Source of the DNA: Mytilus californianus
Taxonomy: Eukaryota
DNA: 64,000 bases
Assembly: GCF_021869535.1 (NCBI RefSeq)
Contig: NW_026262670.1
Location: forward strand, 5,394,001-5,458,000
Direction of reading: 5' to 3'
The notes beneath the pieces were generated by a model. That model was not told where the DNA came from, ran no database searches, and worked only from the letters and a program-made list of their open reading frames with translations. Below are positions 50,701 through 63,395 of the stretch, in pieces (position 1 is the stretch's first letter; the number at the start of each line of letters is the position of its first letter). The position numbers and the translations under genes are program-made.

Positions 50701-51622
50701 TAATTTTGACAAAAAAAAAACAAAAACAAAAAATAACAAACGTCACTGCATTCATTTTCTATTTGTTTACTTGTATGTTGACAATACATCTATACATCTT
50801 TTGTATTGTAAAATTGAGAATGCAAATGGGGAATCATGATGTCAAAGAGACAACAACCCGACCAAAGAGCAGACAACAGCCGAAGGCCACCAATGGGTCT
50901 TCAACGCAGCGAGAAAATCCCGCACCCGGAGGTGGTCCTCATCTGGCCCCTAAATAAAATTGTGTACTAGTTCACTACGGTGAAAATGGACGTCACATAA
51001 TCAGCACATTTTTACAGTATATTAGTACCGAAAAAAGTACTGAGTTTAATTTAGAGTTACCTCCCCATTGACTAGTTGATATGAAATAGACGTCCAACCT
51101 TTGACATTGCATACGTGTAGAAAAAGTCCTCTAAAAAATTTCAGTCAAGATGAAAATGAATAAGAAGGGAGAAAAAAATCACATAATGAGAAAAATGAAT
51201 TAGTTGGTTGAAGTGTTTAAATGTGTGATTTGCCCCCCCCCCCTCCACCCCCCCCCCCCCAAAAAAAAGAGAATGAATAAAAAAAAATATCACTTCCTTT
51301 ATTCTTAGATTGTATTTTAATCGAATATTATTTTGAAAGAATTTTAATCAGTTCAAAAAATATGTGCGTGAAAGTAAAATGATATATCTTTAATATTTCC
51401 TTACTAAAAATAATTTTCCCAAAAGGCAACTGCATAAATGTTAGAAATAGTATACTCTTAAGGAGTGAAATGAAGCAAAAAATGGAAATAATTTGACTGA
51501 AAAAAATATTTCAAAGAACAGTGCAAAGTGAAGAAAAAAGAAAAGGGCAGGGTAGGGCTCAGCTATATTTAGTTTGATAACTAATGTACAACAATTGTAG
51601 ATTCTTTTTGAACAAATTGGGT

Positions 51623-51638
51623 AGCCCTTAAAAGGGCT
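51623..51638 (-). terminator. Histone 3' stem-loop, copy 7
   Basis: AGCCCTTTTAAGGGCT on the minus strand. Confidence 0.9.
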
Positions 51639-51681
51639 TTTGGTGGCTGAATAGCCTCTGCAGACTGTAGTCTGGAACAGT

Positions 51682-52248
51682 TTACTTCTTCTTTGGTGTC
51701 TTCTTGGCTTTTGGTTTGGCTGCCTTCTTTTTAGCTGGTGACTTGGCTGCCTTCTTTGGCTTGGCTGCTTTCTTTGCTGCTGGTTTCTTAGCTTTAGGCT
51801 TGGCTGCCTTTTTCTCTCCAGCTGGTTTCTTTGCTGCCTTCTTTTTCTTAGGTGTGCTCTTTGCCTTCTTTGGCTTGGCAGCCTTAGGTTTAGCTGCTTT
51901 CTTTGCCTTTGCTGGCTTCTTTTTAGCTTGTTTTGCTTCTCCAATTCTGAAAGATCCGGATGCTCCAGTTCCCTTGGACTGCTTCAAACTGTTGTTCTTA
52001 ACTCCGGCTCTGAGTGCAAGTTTTAAATGAGCGTTTACTGACTTGGCATCTTTTCCGACGTTGAAGTTGGCCATGATGTACTTCAAAATTGCTTGCCTTG
52101 AGGAACCTCCACGTTCTTTCAAAGCAGCGATGGCTTTCCCAATCATCTCGCTGTATTTAGGATGTGCTGAAGGCTTCTTTGGCTTAGCTGCTGCCTTTTT
52201 CTTTGGTGATTTAGCTGGTGCTGGTGCTGGTGCTGCTACGTCTGCCAT
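51682..52248 (-). CDS. H1: Histone H1, copy 7
   Basis: 188 aa, identical to copy 1. Confidence 0.98.
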   Translation of the reverse strand: MADVAAPAPAPAKSPKKKAAAKPKKPSAHPKYSEMIGKAIAALKERGGSSRQAILKYIMANFNVGKDAKSVNAHLKLALRAGVKNNSLKQSKGTGASGSFRIGEAKQAKKKPAKAKKAAKPKAAKPKKAKSTPKKKKAAKKPAGEKKAAKPKAKKPAAKKAAKPKKAAKSPAKKKAAKPKAKKTPKKK

Positions 52249-55200
52249 TTTGAACGATTCAAAATATTATCCTTTACGAAGTTTATACTACGAATAACGA
52301 TTTGAAAATAACGCCATTCAAGGCCTCGTTTATTTATAACAGACGAACGCGGACCTCGACGAAGACACCCTTAAAAATAACTTGTAAAATCCATTACGCG
52401 ATCTCGGTAAAATGATTATGTGCTTCTTCGAAGACTTTTATGATAATTTTTAGTATAATTCTATCAAAAACATTCACATATAGCATATCAAATTGCTCAA
52501 CAGTCATTAATCTTGCAGGTTAGATAAACTGTGTATTTTTCAATGATCACAGTAGAAAGATATTAATAGTTAAAGTAGAACCGACTGATTTGTCTTCGCA
52601 GGTATGTTGACAGAAAATTTACGAGTTTTTCTCAATAGAAAAATATTCTACCGTCGTAAAATTGTGCAGCGGAAGAAATATCATTTCTCTACAGGTTTCT
52701 TTCCGTTTTTATTCACTGGACGTATGTTACTCGTCGTAATAAGTTTGTTTTCAGCTGGAGGGAAACACACAAAAAGTTCACGCGCCATTGTTTGGTTGCA
52801 GATTTTTACGAAAACTTCAAAAAACATTTTTATTCAACCTGAGCGAAATTTCACAGACATCCTAGATTCGAATGAATAAAACCAATATCTAGAATATGTA
52901 TTTGGAATGTCGTTTAATTTAATCTAGCTTTGGGAACTTTTCAGAGAGCGACTTTATGTTCAGTGGATATGAGGCACTAGAAACTTGACTGTGCTGTATG
53001 ATGCGTCTCTGCTTTTATTTCCATTTTCATGTAAAATTTGAGCACTTCGTGCTCTAAAACTCGAATATGTCTTGTTGAATATATCATATTTTTCAAAAAA
53101 TATATGTACTTAATTTTATTATCAATTAAACGATGGTCCGTGCTCGAACTGGCCACCTGAAAGTTTCAATACAAAATATACCAACCAAACCCAAGATTCT
53201 TGTATTTTTATAATTCGAAAGTTGTACACATCATTTGCCTCTAAATTAACAATTACAAAGGTTCATCTGTTTTTAAAAAGGGGGGGGGGGTTCACGGTGA
53301 AGACTCTGGCCATAAATATGCATTTTTCCTATATAGGCTAGGCAAGTATAAGACCAGAATCGGTACCGGGTGAAGCAGCATACACACGGACGATTCAAAA
53401 GAGACATAAAGACAAAAATCACACCAATGTTAACCATTAGACTTGGGGCAAAAATAGTCTCCACTGTATTTAACTGAACCCCTTCCCCCACAAAAAAAAA
53501 TCCCTAGGAAAAGGGGGGTGTATATATTTTCAATGAATGATAGTTGGACTGAAATATTTGTTACCTATTGCAACATTAACAAGCAGATTTAATGTAAAAA
53601 GAATCCCAAAGCAAGATTGAAACGAAGAAAAAGATATTCTCCGTTAAAAAAATAAATAAATAGGTTTCTCTATTGTCTGTTGATTTCTGTGAAGGCCAAT
53701 TAGCATATAGCGTTTAATGGATGTTAGTTCAAGTCTCAACATGCTGTGGGTTTTTCTTTCTTTCTTAATTTGTAAACCTTTTTTTCTGTTTCTTTTTCAT
53801 TTTTGTGGAGGATTATTTTTTTTTTTTGGGGGGGGGGGGAGTAATTGTTTGACATGAAATTTAGTTGTTTATGAATAGAACACACACTTTAATAGTAAAT
53901 CCAAAGTACTATTTAGGTCGTTTTTTATTCCCAGCATGATGGAACTATTTTCTACATGTTAGGACAACCTCATGATGTTGACAACCAGTAGAAATTTAAA
54001 ACTTTTTCTTTCTAGTTCTCTCTTAGTCGTATCAAATCCAGAAAAAAAAAGAAATAAGAATCAATTTCTATCAAACGTGAATCCTATCCCTCTTTTCAGC
54101 TATGGTTAGAAACGTAAACAACAGGACAAGTTTGGCATGTTCTTTGGGACAGAAACCCAACAACACCAGATCGATAGATTTTTTATTTCCAATAGAGGAC
54201 TTAATCTATAATCAAATATTTCATTCTTGGGCTTTTTATTACTTTCTATCTCCTTTTTTATTTTCTTCTTTAAATGTTTTTATGAATTATCATATTTGAA
54301 GCTATTCTTTTCATATTGACATTGAACGCCTTTTCTCTGTCTCAATATACAGTATTTATCACAAATGAAGGAAAATGTCTTGGCGAAAAGAGGTGTGTTT
54401 GCTGTCCGGGGGTTAGGGTAGTCTTAATTGAAAACGGCAGCAACAAACGTTTCTCAATGTATACACAAATAAGCGCATTTAATACTGTCAGTCACACATT
54501 GTCTGTATATACTAGTAGACTTTGTTTTTCTGTGTCGTTAAGTTGCTGTCATTTCAATATGAAAATAACCTCTTCTGTTATATTAGAATCCTACAATTTC
54601 GTAAACAATCCTTTAAAATGCATGATACATGTTATCAAAGAAATAAACCCTTTTCTTACCTTTTGTACAAATGTCCGTCCATCCTTGTTTTAGTTCATAA
54701 CAGTAGACATGCTACGTATGTGACGTCACTGTATTGTTTCTGGTTTATTCATCTCGCGTGCTTTGAACAGATTAAAATGACATAACAAAGACACAGACAA
54801 GTCGTCAAAACACTAAAAAACAGAGAGAAAAAAGAAGAGAAAAACAAACAGGACAACCCATTTTAAAGAAACATAAAAGCAAGTAGGTGCATTTATTTCA
54901 TACACGAGTAAAACAAAGGAAAATTCGAGAGGTGAAGAAAAGTATCAATATGGTTACATAATCAGCTATCGTCAATAACAGGAACGCTCCTTTTACTATC
55001 CCCCAACCCCAAACACACATCTCCAACGATAGAACCACGATGAAAAGCGAGTCCAAACATAAAAGACTGATGATATATGAATGTAAATACACTCGCACTA
55101 TATATATCTGCATGTAATAAAATGAAAAATAATTGCAGAACTGTTAAATGTTTAACAAAAACCTCCATACTTTAGAGTTTCCTGCTAACTTTTAATACAC

Positions 55201-56121
55201 AATTGTAGTAATTTTGACAAAAAAAAAACAAAAACAAAAAATAACAAACGTCACTGCATTCATTTTCTATTTGTTTACTTGTATGTTGACAATACATCTA
55301 TACATCTTTTGTATTGTAAAATTGAGAATGCATTTTGGGAATCATGATGTCAAAGAGACAACAACCCGACCAAAGAGCAGACAACAGCCGAAGGCCACCA
55401 ATGGGTCTTCAACGCAGCGAGAAAATCCCGCACCCGGAGGTGGTCCTCATCTGGCCCCTAAATAAAATTGTGTACTAGTTCACTACGGTGAAAATGGACG
55501 TCACATAATCAGCACATTTTTACAGTATATTAGTACCGAAAAAAGTACTGAGTTTAATTTAGAGTTACCTCCCCATTGACTAGTTGATATGAAATAGACG
55601 TCCAACCTTTGACATTGCATACGTGTAGAAAAAGTCCTCTAAAAAAATTCAGTCAAGATGAAAATGAATAAGAAGGGAGAAAAAAATCACATAATGAGAA
55701 AAATGAATTAGTTGGTTGAAGTGTTTAAATGTGTGATTTGCCCCCCCCCCCCCCCCCCAAAAAAAAAGAGAATGAATAAAAAAAAATATCACTTCCTTTA
55801 TTCTTAGATTGTATTTTAATCGAATATTATTTTGAAAGAATTTTAATCAGTTCAAAAAATATGTGCGTGAAAGTAAAATGATATATCTTTAATATTTCCT
55901 TACTAAAAATAATTTTCCCAAAAGGCAACTGCATAAATGTTAGAAATAGTATACTCTTAAGGAGTGAAATGAAGCAAAAAATGGAAATAATTTGACTGAA
56001 AAAAATATTTCAAAGAACAGTGCAAAGTGAAGAAAAAAGAAAAGGGCAGGGTAGGGCTCAGCTATATTTAGTTTGATAACTAATGTACAACAATTGTAGA
56101 TTCTTTTTGAACAAATTGGGT

Positions 56122-56137
56122 AGCCCTTAAAAGGGCT
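56122..56137 (-). terminator. Histone 3' stem-loop, copy 8
   Basis: AGCCCTTTTAAGGGCT on the minus strand. Confidence 0.9.
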
Positions 56138-56180
56138 TTTGGTGGCTGAATAGCCTCTGCAGACTGTAGTCTGGAACAGT

Positions 56181-56747
56181 TTACTTCTTCTTTGGTGTCT
56201 TCTTGGCTTTTGGTTTGGCTGCCTTCTTTTTAGCTGGTGACTTGGCTGCCTTCTTTGGCTTGGCTGCTTTCTTTGCTGCTGGTTTCTTAGCTTTAGGCTT
56301 GGCTGCCTTTTTCTCTCCAGCTGGTTTCTTTGCTGCCTTCTTTTTCTTAGGTGTGCTCTTTGCCTTCTTTGGCTTGGCAGCCTTAGGTTTAGCTGCTTTC
56401 TTTGCCTTTGCTGGCTTCTTTTTAGCTTGTTTTGCTTCTCCAATTCTGAAAGATCCGGATGCTCCAGTTCCCTTGGACTGCTTCAAACTGTTGTTCTTAA
56501 CTCCGGCTCTGAGTGCAAGTTTTAAATGAGCGTTTACTGACTTGGCATCTTTTCCGACGTTGAAGTTGGCCATGATGTACTTCAAAATTGCTTGCCTTGA
56601 GGAACCTCCACGTTCTTTCAAAGCAGCGATGGCTTTCCCAATCATCTCGCTGTATTTAGGATGTGCTGAAGGCTTCTTTGGCTTAGCTGCTGCCTTTTTC
56701 TTTGGTGATTTAGCTGGTGCTGGTGCTGGTGCTGCTACGTCTGCCAT
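56181..56747 (-). CDS. H1: Histone H1, copy 8
   Basis: 188 aa, identical to copy 1. Confidence 0.98.
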   Translation of the reverse strand: MADVAAPAPAPAKSPKKKAAAKPKKPSAHPKYSEMIGKAIAALKERGGSSRQAILKYIMANFNVGKDAKSVNAHLKLALRAGVKNNSLKQSKGTGASGSFRIGEAKQAKKKPAKAKKAAKPKAAKPKKAKSTPKKKKAAKKPAGEKKAAKPKAKKPAAKKAAKPKKAAKSPAKKKAAKPKAKKTPKKK

Positions 56748-59700
56748 TTTGAACGATTCAAAATATTATCCTTTACGAAGTTTATACTACGAATAACGAT
56801 TTGAAAATAACGCCATTCAAGGCCTCGTTTATTTATAACAGACGAACGCGGACCTCGACGAAGACACCCTTAAAAATAACTTGTAAAATCCATTACGCGA
56901 TCTCGGTAAAATGATTATGTGCTTCTTCGAAGACTTTTATGATAATTTTTAGTATAATTCTATCAAAAACATTCACATATAGCATATCAAATTGCTCAAC
57001 AGTCATTAATCTTGCAGGTTAGATAAACTGTGTATTTTTCAATGATCACAGTAGAAAGATATTAATAGTTAAAGTAGAACCGACTGATTTGTCTTCGCAG
57101 GTATGTTGACAGAAAATTTACGAGTTTTTCTCAATAGAAAAATATTCTACCGTCGTAAAATTGTGCAGCGGAAGAAATATCATTTCTCTACAGGTTTCTT
57201 TCCGTTTTTATTCACTGGACGTATGTTACTCGTCGTAATAAGTTTGTTTTCAGCTGGAGGGAAACACACAAAAAGTTCACGCGCCATTGTTTGGTTGCAG
57301 ATTTTTACGAAAACTTCAAAAAACATTTTTATTCAACCTGAGCGAAATTTCACAGACATCCTAGATTCGAATGAATAAAACCAATATCTAGAATATGTAT
57401 TTGGAATGTCGTTTAATTTAATCTAGCTTTGGGAACTTTTCAGAGAGCGACTTTATGTTCAGTGGATATGAGGCACTAGAAACTTGACTGTGCTGTATGA
57501 TGCGTCTCTGCTTTTATTTCCATTTTCATGTAAAATTTGAGCACTTCGTGCTCTAAAACTCGAATATGTCTTGTTGAATATATCATATTTTTCAAAAAAT
57601 ATATGTACTTAATTTTATTATCAATTAAACGATGGTCCGTGCTCGAACTGGCCACCTGAAAGTTTCAATACAAAATATACCAACCAAACCCAAGATTCTT
57701 GTATTTTTATAATTCGAAAGTTGTACACATCATTTGCCTCTAAATTAACAATTACAAAGGTTCATCTGTTTTTAAAAAGGGGGGGGGGGGGTTCACGGTG
57801 AAGACTCTGGCCATAAATATGCATTTTTCCTATATAGGCTAGGCAAGTATAAGACCAGAATCGGTACCGGGTGAAGCAGCATACACACGGACGATTCAAA
57901 AGAGACATAAAGACAAAAATCACACCAATGTTAACCATTAGACTTGGGGCAAAAATAGTCTCCACTGTATTTAACTGAACCCCTTCCCCCACAAAAAAAA
58001 ATCCCTAGGAAAAGGGGGGTGTATATATTTTCAATGAATGATAGTTGGACTGAAATATTTGTTACCTATTGCAACATTAACAAGCAGATTTAATGTAAAA
58101 AGAATCCCAAAGCAAGATTGAAACGAAGAAAAAGATATTCTCCGTTAAAAAAATAAATAAATAGGTTTCTCTATTGTCTGTTGATTTCTGTGAAGGCCAA
58201 TTAGCATATAGCGTTTAATGGATGTTAGTTCAAGTCTCAACATGCTGTGGGTTTTTCTTTCTTTCTTAATTTGTAAACCTTTTTTTCTGTTTCTTTTTCA
58301 TTTTTGTGGAGGATTATTTTTTTTTTGGGGGGGGGGGGGGGGGAGTAATTGTTTGACATGAAATTTAGTTGTTTATGAATAGAACACACACTTTAATAGT
58401 AAATCCAAAGTACTATTTAGGTCGTTTTTTATTCCCAGCATGATGGAACTATTTTCTACATGTTAGGACAACCTCATGATGTTGACAACCAGTAGAAATT
58501 TAAAACTTTTTCTTTCTAGTTCTCTCTTAGTCGTATCAAATCCAGAAAAAAAAGAAATAAGAATCAATTTCTATCAAACGTGAATCCTATCCCTCTTTTC
58601 AGCTATGGTTAGAAACGTAAACAACAGGACAAGTTTGGCATGTTCTTTGGGACAGAAACCCAACAACACCAGATCGATAGATTTTTTATTTCCAATAGAG
58701 GACTTAATCTATAATCAAATATTTCATTCTTGGGCTTTTTATTACTTTCTATCTCCTTTTTTATTTTCTTCTTTAAATGTTTTTATGAATTATCATATTT
58801 GAAGCTATTCTTTTCATATTGACATTGAACGCCTTTTCTCTGTCTCAATATACAGTATTTATCACAAATGAAGGAAAATGTCTTGGCGAAAAGAGGTGTG
58901 TTTGCTGTCCGGGGGTTAGGGTAGTCTTAATTGAAAACGGCAGCAACAAACGTTTCTCAATGTATACACAAATAAGCGCATTTAATACTGTCAGTCACAC
59001 ATTGTCTGTATATACTAGTAGACTTTGTTTTTCTGTGTCGTTAAGTTGCTGTCATTTCAATATGAAAATAACCTCTTCTGTTATATTAGAATCCTACAAT
59101 TTCGTAAACAATCCTTTAAAATGCATGATACATGTTATCAAAGAAATAAACCCTTTTCTTACCTTTTGTACAAATGTCCGTCCATCCTTGTTTTAGTTCA
59201 TAACAGTAGACATGCTACGTATGTGACGTCACTGTATTGTTTCTGGTTTATTCATCTCGCGTGCTTTGAACAGATTAAAATGACATAACAAAGACACAGA
59301 CAAGTCGTCAAAACACTAAAAAACAGAGAGAAAAAAGAAGAGAAAAACAAACAGGACAACCCATTTTAAAGAAACATAAAAGCAAGTAGATGCATTTATT
59401 TCATACACGAGTAAAACAAAGGAAAATTCGAGAGGTGAAGAAAAGTATCAATATGGTTACATAATCAGCTATCGTCAATAACAGGAACGCTCCTTTTACT
59501 ATCCCCCAACCCCAAACACACATCTCCAACGATAGAACCACGATGAAAAGCGAGTCCAAACATAAAAGACTGATGATATATGAATGTAAATACACTCGCA
59601 CTATATATATCTGCATGTAATAAAATGAAAAATAATTGCAGAACTGTTAAATGTTTAACAAAAACCTCCATACTTTAGAGTTTCCTGCTAACTTTTAATA

Positions 59701-60618
59701 CACAATTGTAGTAATTTTGACCAAAAAAAAAACAAAAACAAAAAATAACAAACGTCACTGCATTCATTTTCTATTTGTTTACTTGTATGTTGACAATACA
59801 TCTATACATCTTTTGTATTGTAAAATTGAGATGCAAATGGGGAATCATGATGTCAAAGAGACAACAACCCGACCAAAGAGCAGACAACAGCCGAAGGCCA
59901 CCAATGGGTCTTCAACGCAGCGAGAAAATCCCGCACCCGGAGGTGGTCCTCAGCTGGCCCCTAAATAAAATTGTGTACTAGTTCACTACGGTGAAAATGG
60001 ACGTCACATAATCAGCACATTTTTACAGTATATTAGTACCGAAAAAAGTACTGAGTTTAATTTAGAGTTACCTCCCCATTGACTAGTTGATATGAAATAG
60101 ACGTCCAACCTTTGACATTGCATACGTGTAGAAAAAGTCCTCTAAAAAATTTCAGTCAAGATGAAAATGAATAAGAAGGGAGAAAAAAATCACATAATGA
60201 GAAAAATGAATTAGTTGGTTGAAGTGTTTAAATGTGTGATTTGCCCCCCCCCCCCCAAAAAAAAGAGAATGAATAAAAAAAAATATCACTTCCTTTATTC
60301 TTAGATTGTATTTTAATCGAATATTATTTTGAAAGAATTTTAATCAGTTCAAAAAATATGTGCGTGAAAGTAAAATGATATATCTTTAATATTTCCTTAC
60401 TAAAAATAATTTTCCCAAAAGGCAACTGCATAAATGTTAGAAATAGTATACTCTTAAGGAGTGAAATGAAGCAAAAAATGGAAATAATTTGACTGAAAAA
60501 AATATTTCAAAGAACAGTGCAAAGTGAAGAAAAAAGAAAAGGGCAGGGTAGGGCTCAGCTATATTTAGTTTGATAACTAATGTACAACAATTGTAGATTC
60601 TTTTTGAACAAATTGGGT

Positions 60619-60634
60619 AGCCCTTAAAAGGGCT
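60619..60634 (-). terminator. Histone 3' stem-loop, copy 9
   Basis: AGCCCTTTTAAGGGCT on the minus strand. Confidence 0.9.
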
Positions 60635-60677
60635 TTTGGTGGCTGAATAGCCTCTGCAGACTGTAGTCTGGAACAGT

Positions 60678-61244
60678 TTACTTCTTCTTTGGTGTCTTCT
60701 TGGCTTTTGGTTTGGCTGCCTTCTTTTTAGCTGGTGACTTGGCTGCCTTCTTTGGCTTGGCTGCTTTCTTTGCTGCTGGTTTCTTAGCTTTAGGCTTGGC
60801 TGCCTTTTTCTCTCCAGCTGGTTTCTTTGCTGCCTTCTTTTTCTTAGGTGTGCTCTTTGCCTTCTTTGGCTTGGCAGCCTTAGGTTTAGCTGCTTTCTTT
60901 GCCTTTGCTGGCTTCTTTTTAGCTTGTTTTGCTTCTCCAATTCTGAAAGATCCGGATGCTCCAGTTCCCTTGGACTGCTTCAAACTGTTGTTCTTAACTC
61001 CGGCTCTGAGTGCAAGTTTTAAATGAGCGTTTACTGACTTGGCATCTTTTCCGACGTTGAAGTTGGCCATGATGTACTTCAAAATTGCTTGCCTTGAGGA
61101 ACCTCCACGTTCTTTCAAAGCAGCGATGGCTTTCCCAATCATCTCGCTGTATTTAGGATGTGCTGAAGGCTTCTTTGGCTTAGCTGCTGCCTTTTTCTTT
61201 GGTGATTTAGCTGGTGCTGGTGCTGGTGCTGCTACGTCTGCCAT
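60678..61244 (-). CDS. H1: Histone H1, copy 9 (last in the array)
   Basis: 188 aa, identical to copy 1. Confidence 0.98.
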   Translation of the reverse strand: MADVAAPAPAPAKSPKKKAAAKPKKPSAHPKYSEMIGKAIAALKERGGSSRQAILKYIMANFNVGKDAKSVNAHLKLALRAGVKNNSLKQSKGTGASGSFRIGEAKQAKKKPAKAKKAAKPKAAKPKKAKSTPKKKKAAKKPAGEKKAAKPKAKKPAAKKAAKPKKAAKSPAKKKAAKPKAKKTPKKK

Positions 61245-61606
61245 TTTGAACGATTCAAAATATTATCCTTTACGAAGTTTATACTACGAATAACGATTTG
61301 AAAATAACGCCATTCAAGGCCTCGTTTATTTATAACAGACGAACGCGGACCTCGACGAAGACACCCTTAAAAATAACTTGTAAAATCCATTACGCGATCT
61401 CGGTAAAATGATTATGTGCTTCTTCGAAGACTTTTATGATAATTTTTAGTATAATTCTATCAAAAACATTCACATATAGCATATCAAATTGCTCATCGGC
61501 TTTTAATTATGAAGGATTATTTCAGGCACTATTTTACAGGATGCCGAACCGGAACCGGAAATGTCTGATTTAACCTAGAACGATTATTCGAGACTTTGAC
61601 TCTTTA

Positions 61607-62042
61607 GGTGGCACGGTAGTATTTCCTGGCCCATAGGGATAATGATAGCCTTTTTAGAATTTTCACCACTTTCTTACAATGCCCAAAATTCTACATACAC
61701 AGTCAACTGAAGTACTTTCATTATAATATTCAAAAATTAATTTGAATATGTATGATGACCGCTTACTTTTTTTGCTATCTTTATAAACCTAAGGTCACTA
61801 GTGCTTTTAGGTCTTTTATCATGCAGTGAATACAAAATTTAAAAAAATTCTCAAAAATTCATTTTCACCTGTGTGTAAAATTATTTCATATTTTTCTACA
61901 CCTGATTTATCCCTCAGTTTGGGAAAGTATGTTCAGTAGATCCTGTATTTTTTATCCAATCATACTGTTTAGATACATTGACTTAAGTAGGGTACACAAA
62001 AGAGCAACCTAAATTCTGGAATGTAAATACTACCGTGCCACC
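61607..62042. mobile_element. 436-bp MITE with 18-bp TIRs and a TTTA target-site duplication (possibly Kolobok-like)
   Basis: TTTA|GGTGGCACGGTAGTATTT ... AAATACTACCGTGCCACC|TTTA. Confidence 0.88.
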
Positions 62043-62129
62043 TTTAGTATGAAACGACCGACAGCTGCAGTCGACAGTAAGCGGAATATAAAAGGATCTA
62101 GATTGAGTTTACATAATAAAGCGGCTAAT

Positions 62130-62505
62130 GGGCCAATTATACTTTAAAATGGACAAAAAATATAAGAAAAGAGGCAAATAGGCAAAAAAGATATAGAATA
62201 GAGGAAACTTATCTTAAAAAATAAAGAATACAGACTAAACGAAAAAGTAATGCCCCCTGAGATTAGATGCAAGATGGTCTGGATGGGGTATAGAGAATAA
62301 GAAATATAAAGAACAGGAACAAATAGAGAAAAATAGTGGGGAAAATAACGAATAGAGAATTAGCGTAAAAACAAATAAAGAATAGAGAATAAGGGTAAAA
62401 TAAATGATAAATAGAGAAAAAGGATAATTTTTTTTTAAATAGATAAAGAATGGAGAATAGGGGATAAGGATAAAGATATAAAGAATAGAGAAAAAGGGTA
62501 AATAA
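62130..62505. repeat. A/G-rich low-complexity degenerate repeat (AATAGAGAATAAGGG-like)
   Basis: Recurrent ATAGAGAA/ATAAGGG motifs; strong purine strand bias. Confidence 0.7.
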
Positions 62506-62507
62506 TG

Positions 62508-63395
62508 TTACTAATTGCCATACGATAAGGTTACAAATTGTCATACGATAACGTTACTAACTGACCTGCCACAAAGGTTACTAATTGTCATGCGATTACG
62601 TTACTAATTGCCATGTAATAACGTTACTAATTGCCATGCCATAAAGATTACAAATTGCCATACGATAACGTTACTTATTGTCATGTAATAACGTTACTAA
62701 ATGCCATCTGATAACATAACTAATTGCCATGTGATAACGTTAATGATTGCCATGCCATACCGGTTACTAATTGTCTCTGATAATGTTTCTAATTGCTATG
62801 CGATAACGTTACTAATTGCCATGCAATAACAGTTACCAATTGTCATTCGATAAAGTCACTAATTCTCATGCCAAATCGTTACTTATTACCATACCATAAC
62901 GTTACTAATTTTCATGCCATAACGTTACTATTAACCATGCGACAACGTTAATAATTGCAATGCTATAACATTTCTAATTGTCACTTGATAACGTTATTAA
63001 TTGCCATACGATAACGTTACTAATTGTCATGCAATTACCATACGATACCGTTACTAATTGCCATGCCATAGTGTCTATAATTGCCATATGATAACGTTAC
63101 TAATAACCATGCCATAACGTTACTTATTGTCATGCCATAACGTTACTAATTGCCATGCCATAAAGTTACTTATAACCATACGATAACGTTACAAATTGCT
63201 ATAAAATAACGTTACTAATTGCCATACGATAACATTACTTATTGCTATTACTCATTGCCATACGATAACATTACTTATTGCTATTACTAATTGCCATACG
63301 ATAACATGACTTATTGCTATTACTAATTGCCATACGATAACATTCCTTATTGATATAAGATAACGTAACTCATTACCATGCGTTAAGGTAACGAA
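62508..63395. repeat. Degenerate 23-bp minisatellite (consensus ~TTACTAATTGCCATRCGATAACG)
   Basis: Several dozen diverged copies of ATAACGTTACTAATTGCCAT. Confidence 0.9.

Larger units (their letters stand above)
14026..61495 (-). repeat. Tandem array of solitary histone H1 gene units (~4.5-kb period)
   Basis: H1 stop codons at 17919, 31962, 36477, 40995, 42663, 47177, 51682, 56181, 60678; uninterrupted periods 4497-4518 bp; spacers near-identical; no H2A/H2B/H3/H4 ORFs. Confidence 0.97.
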
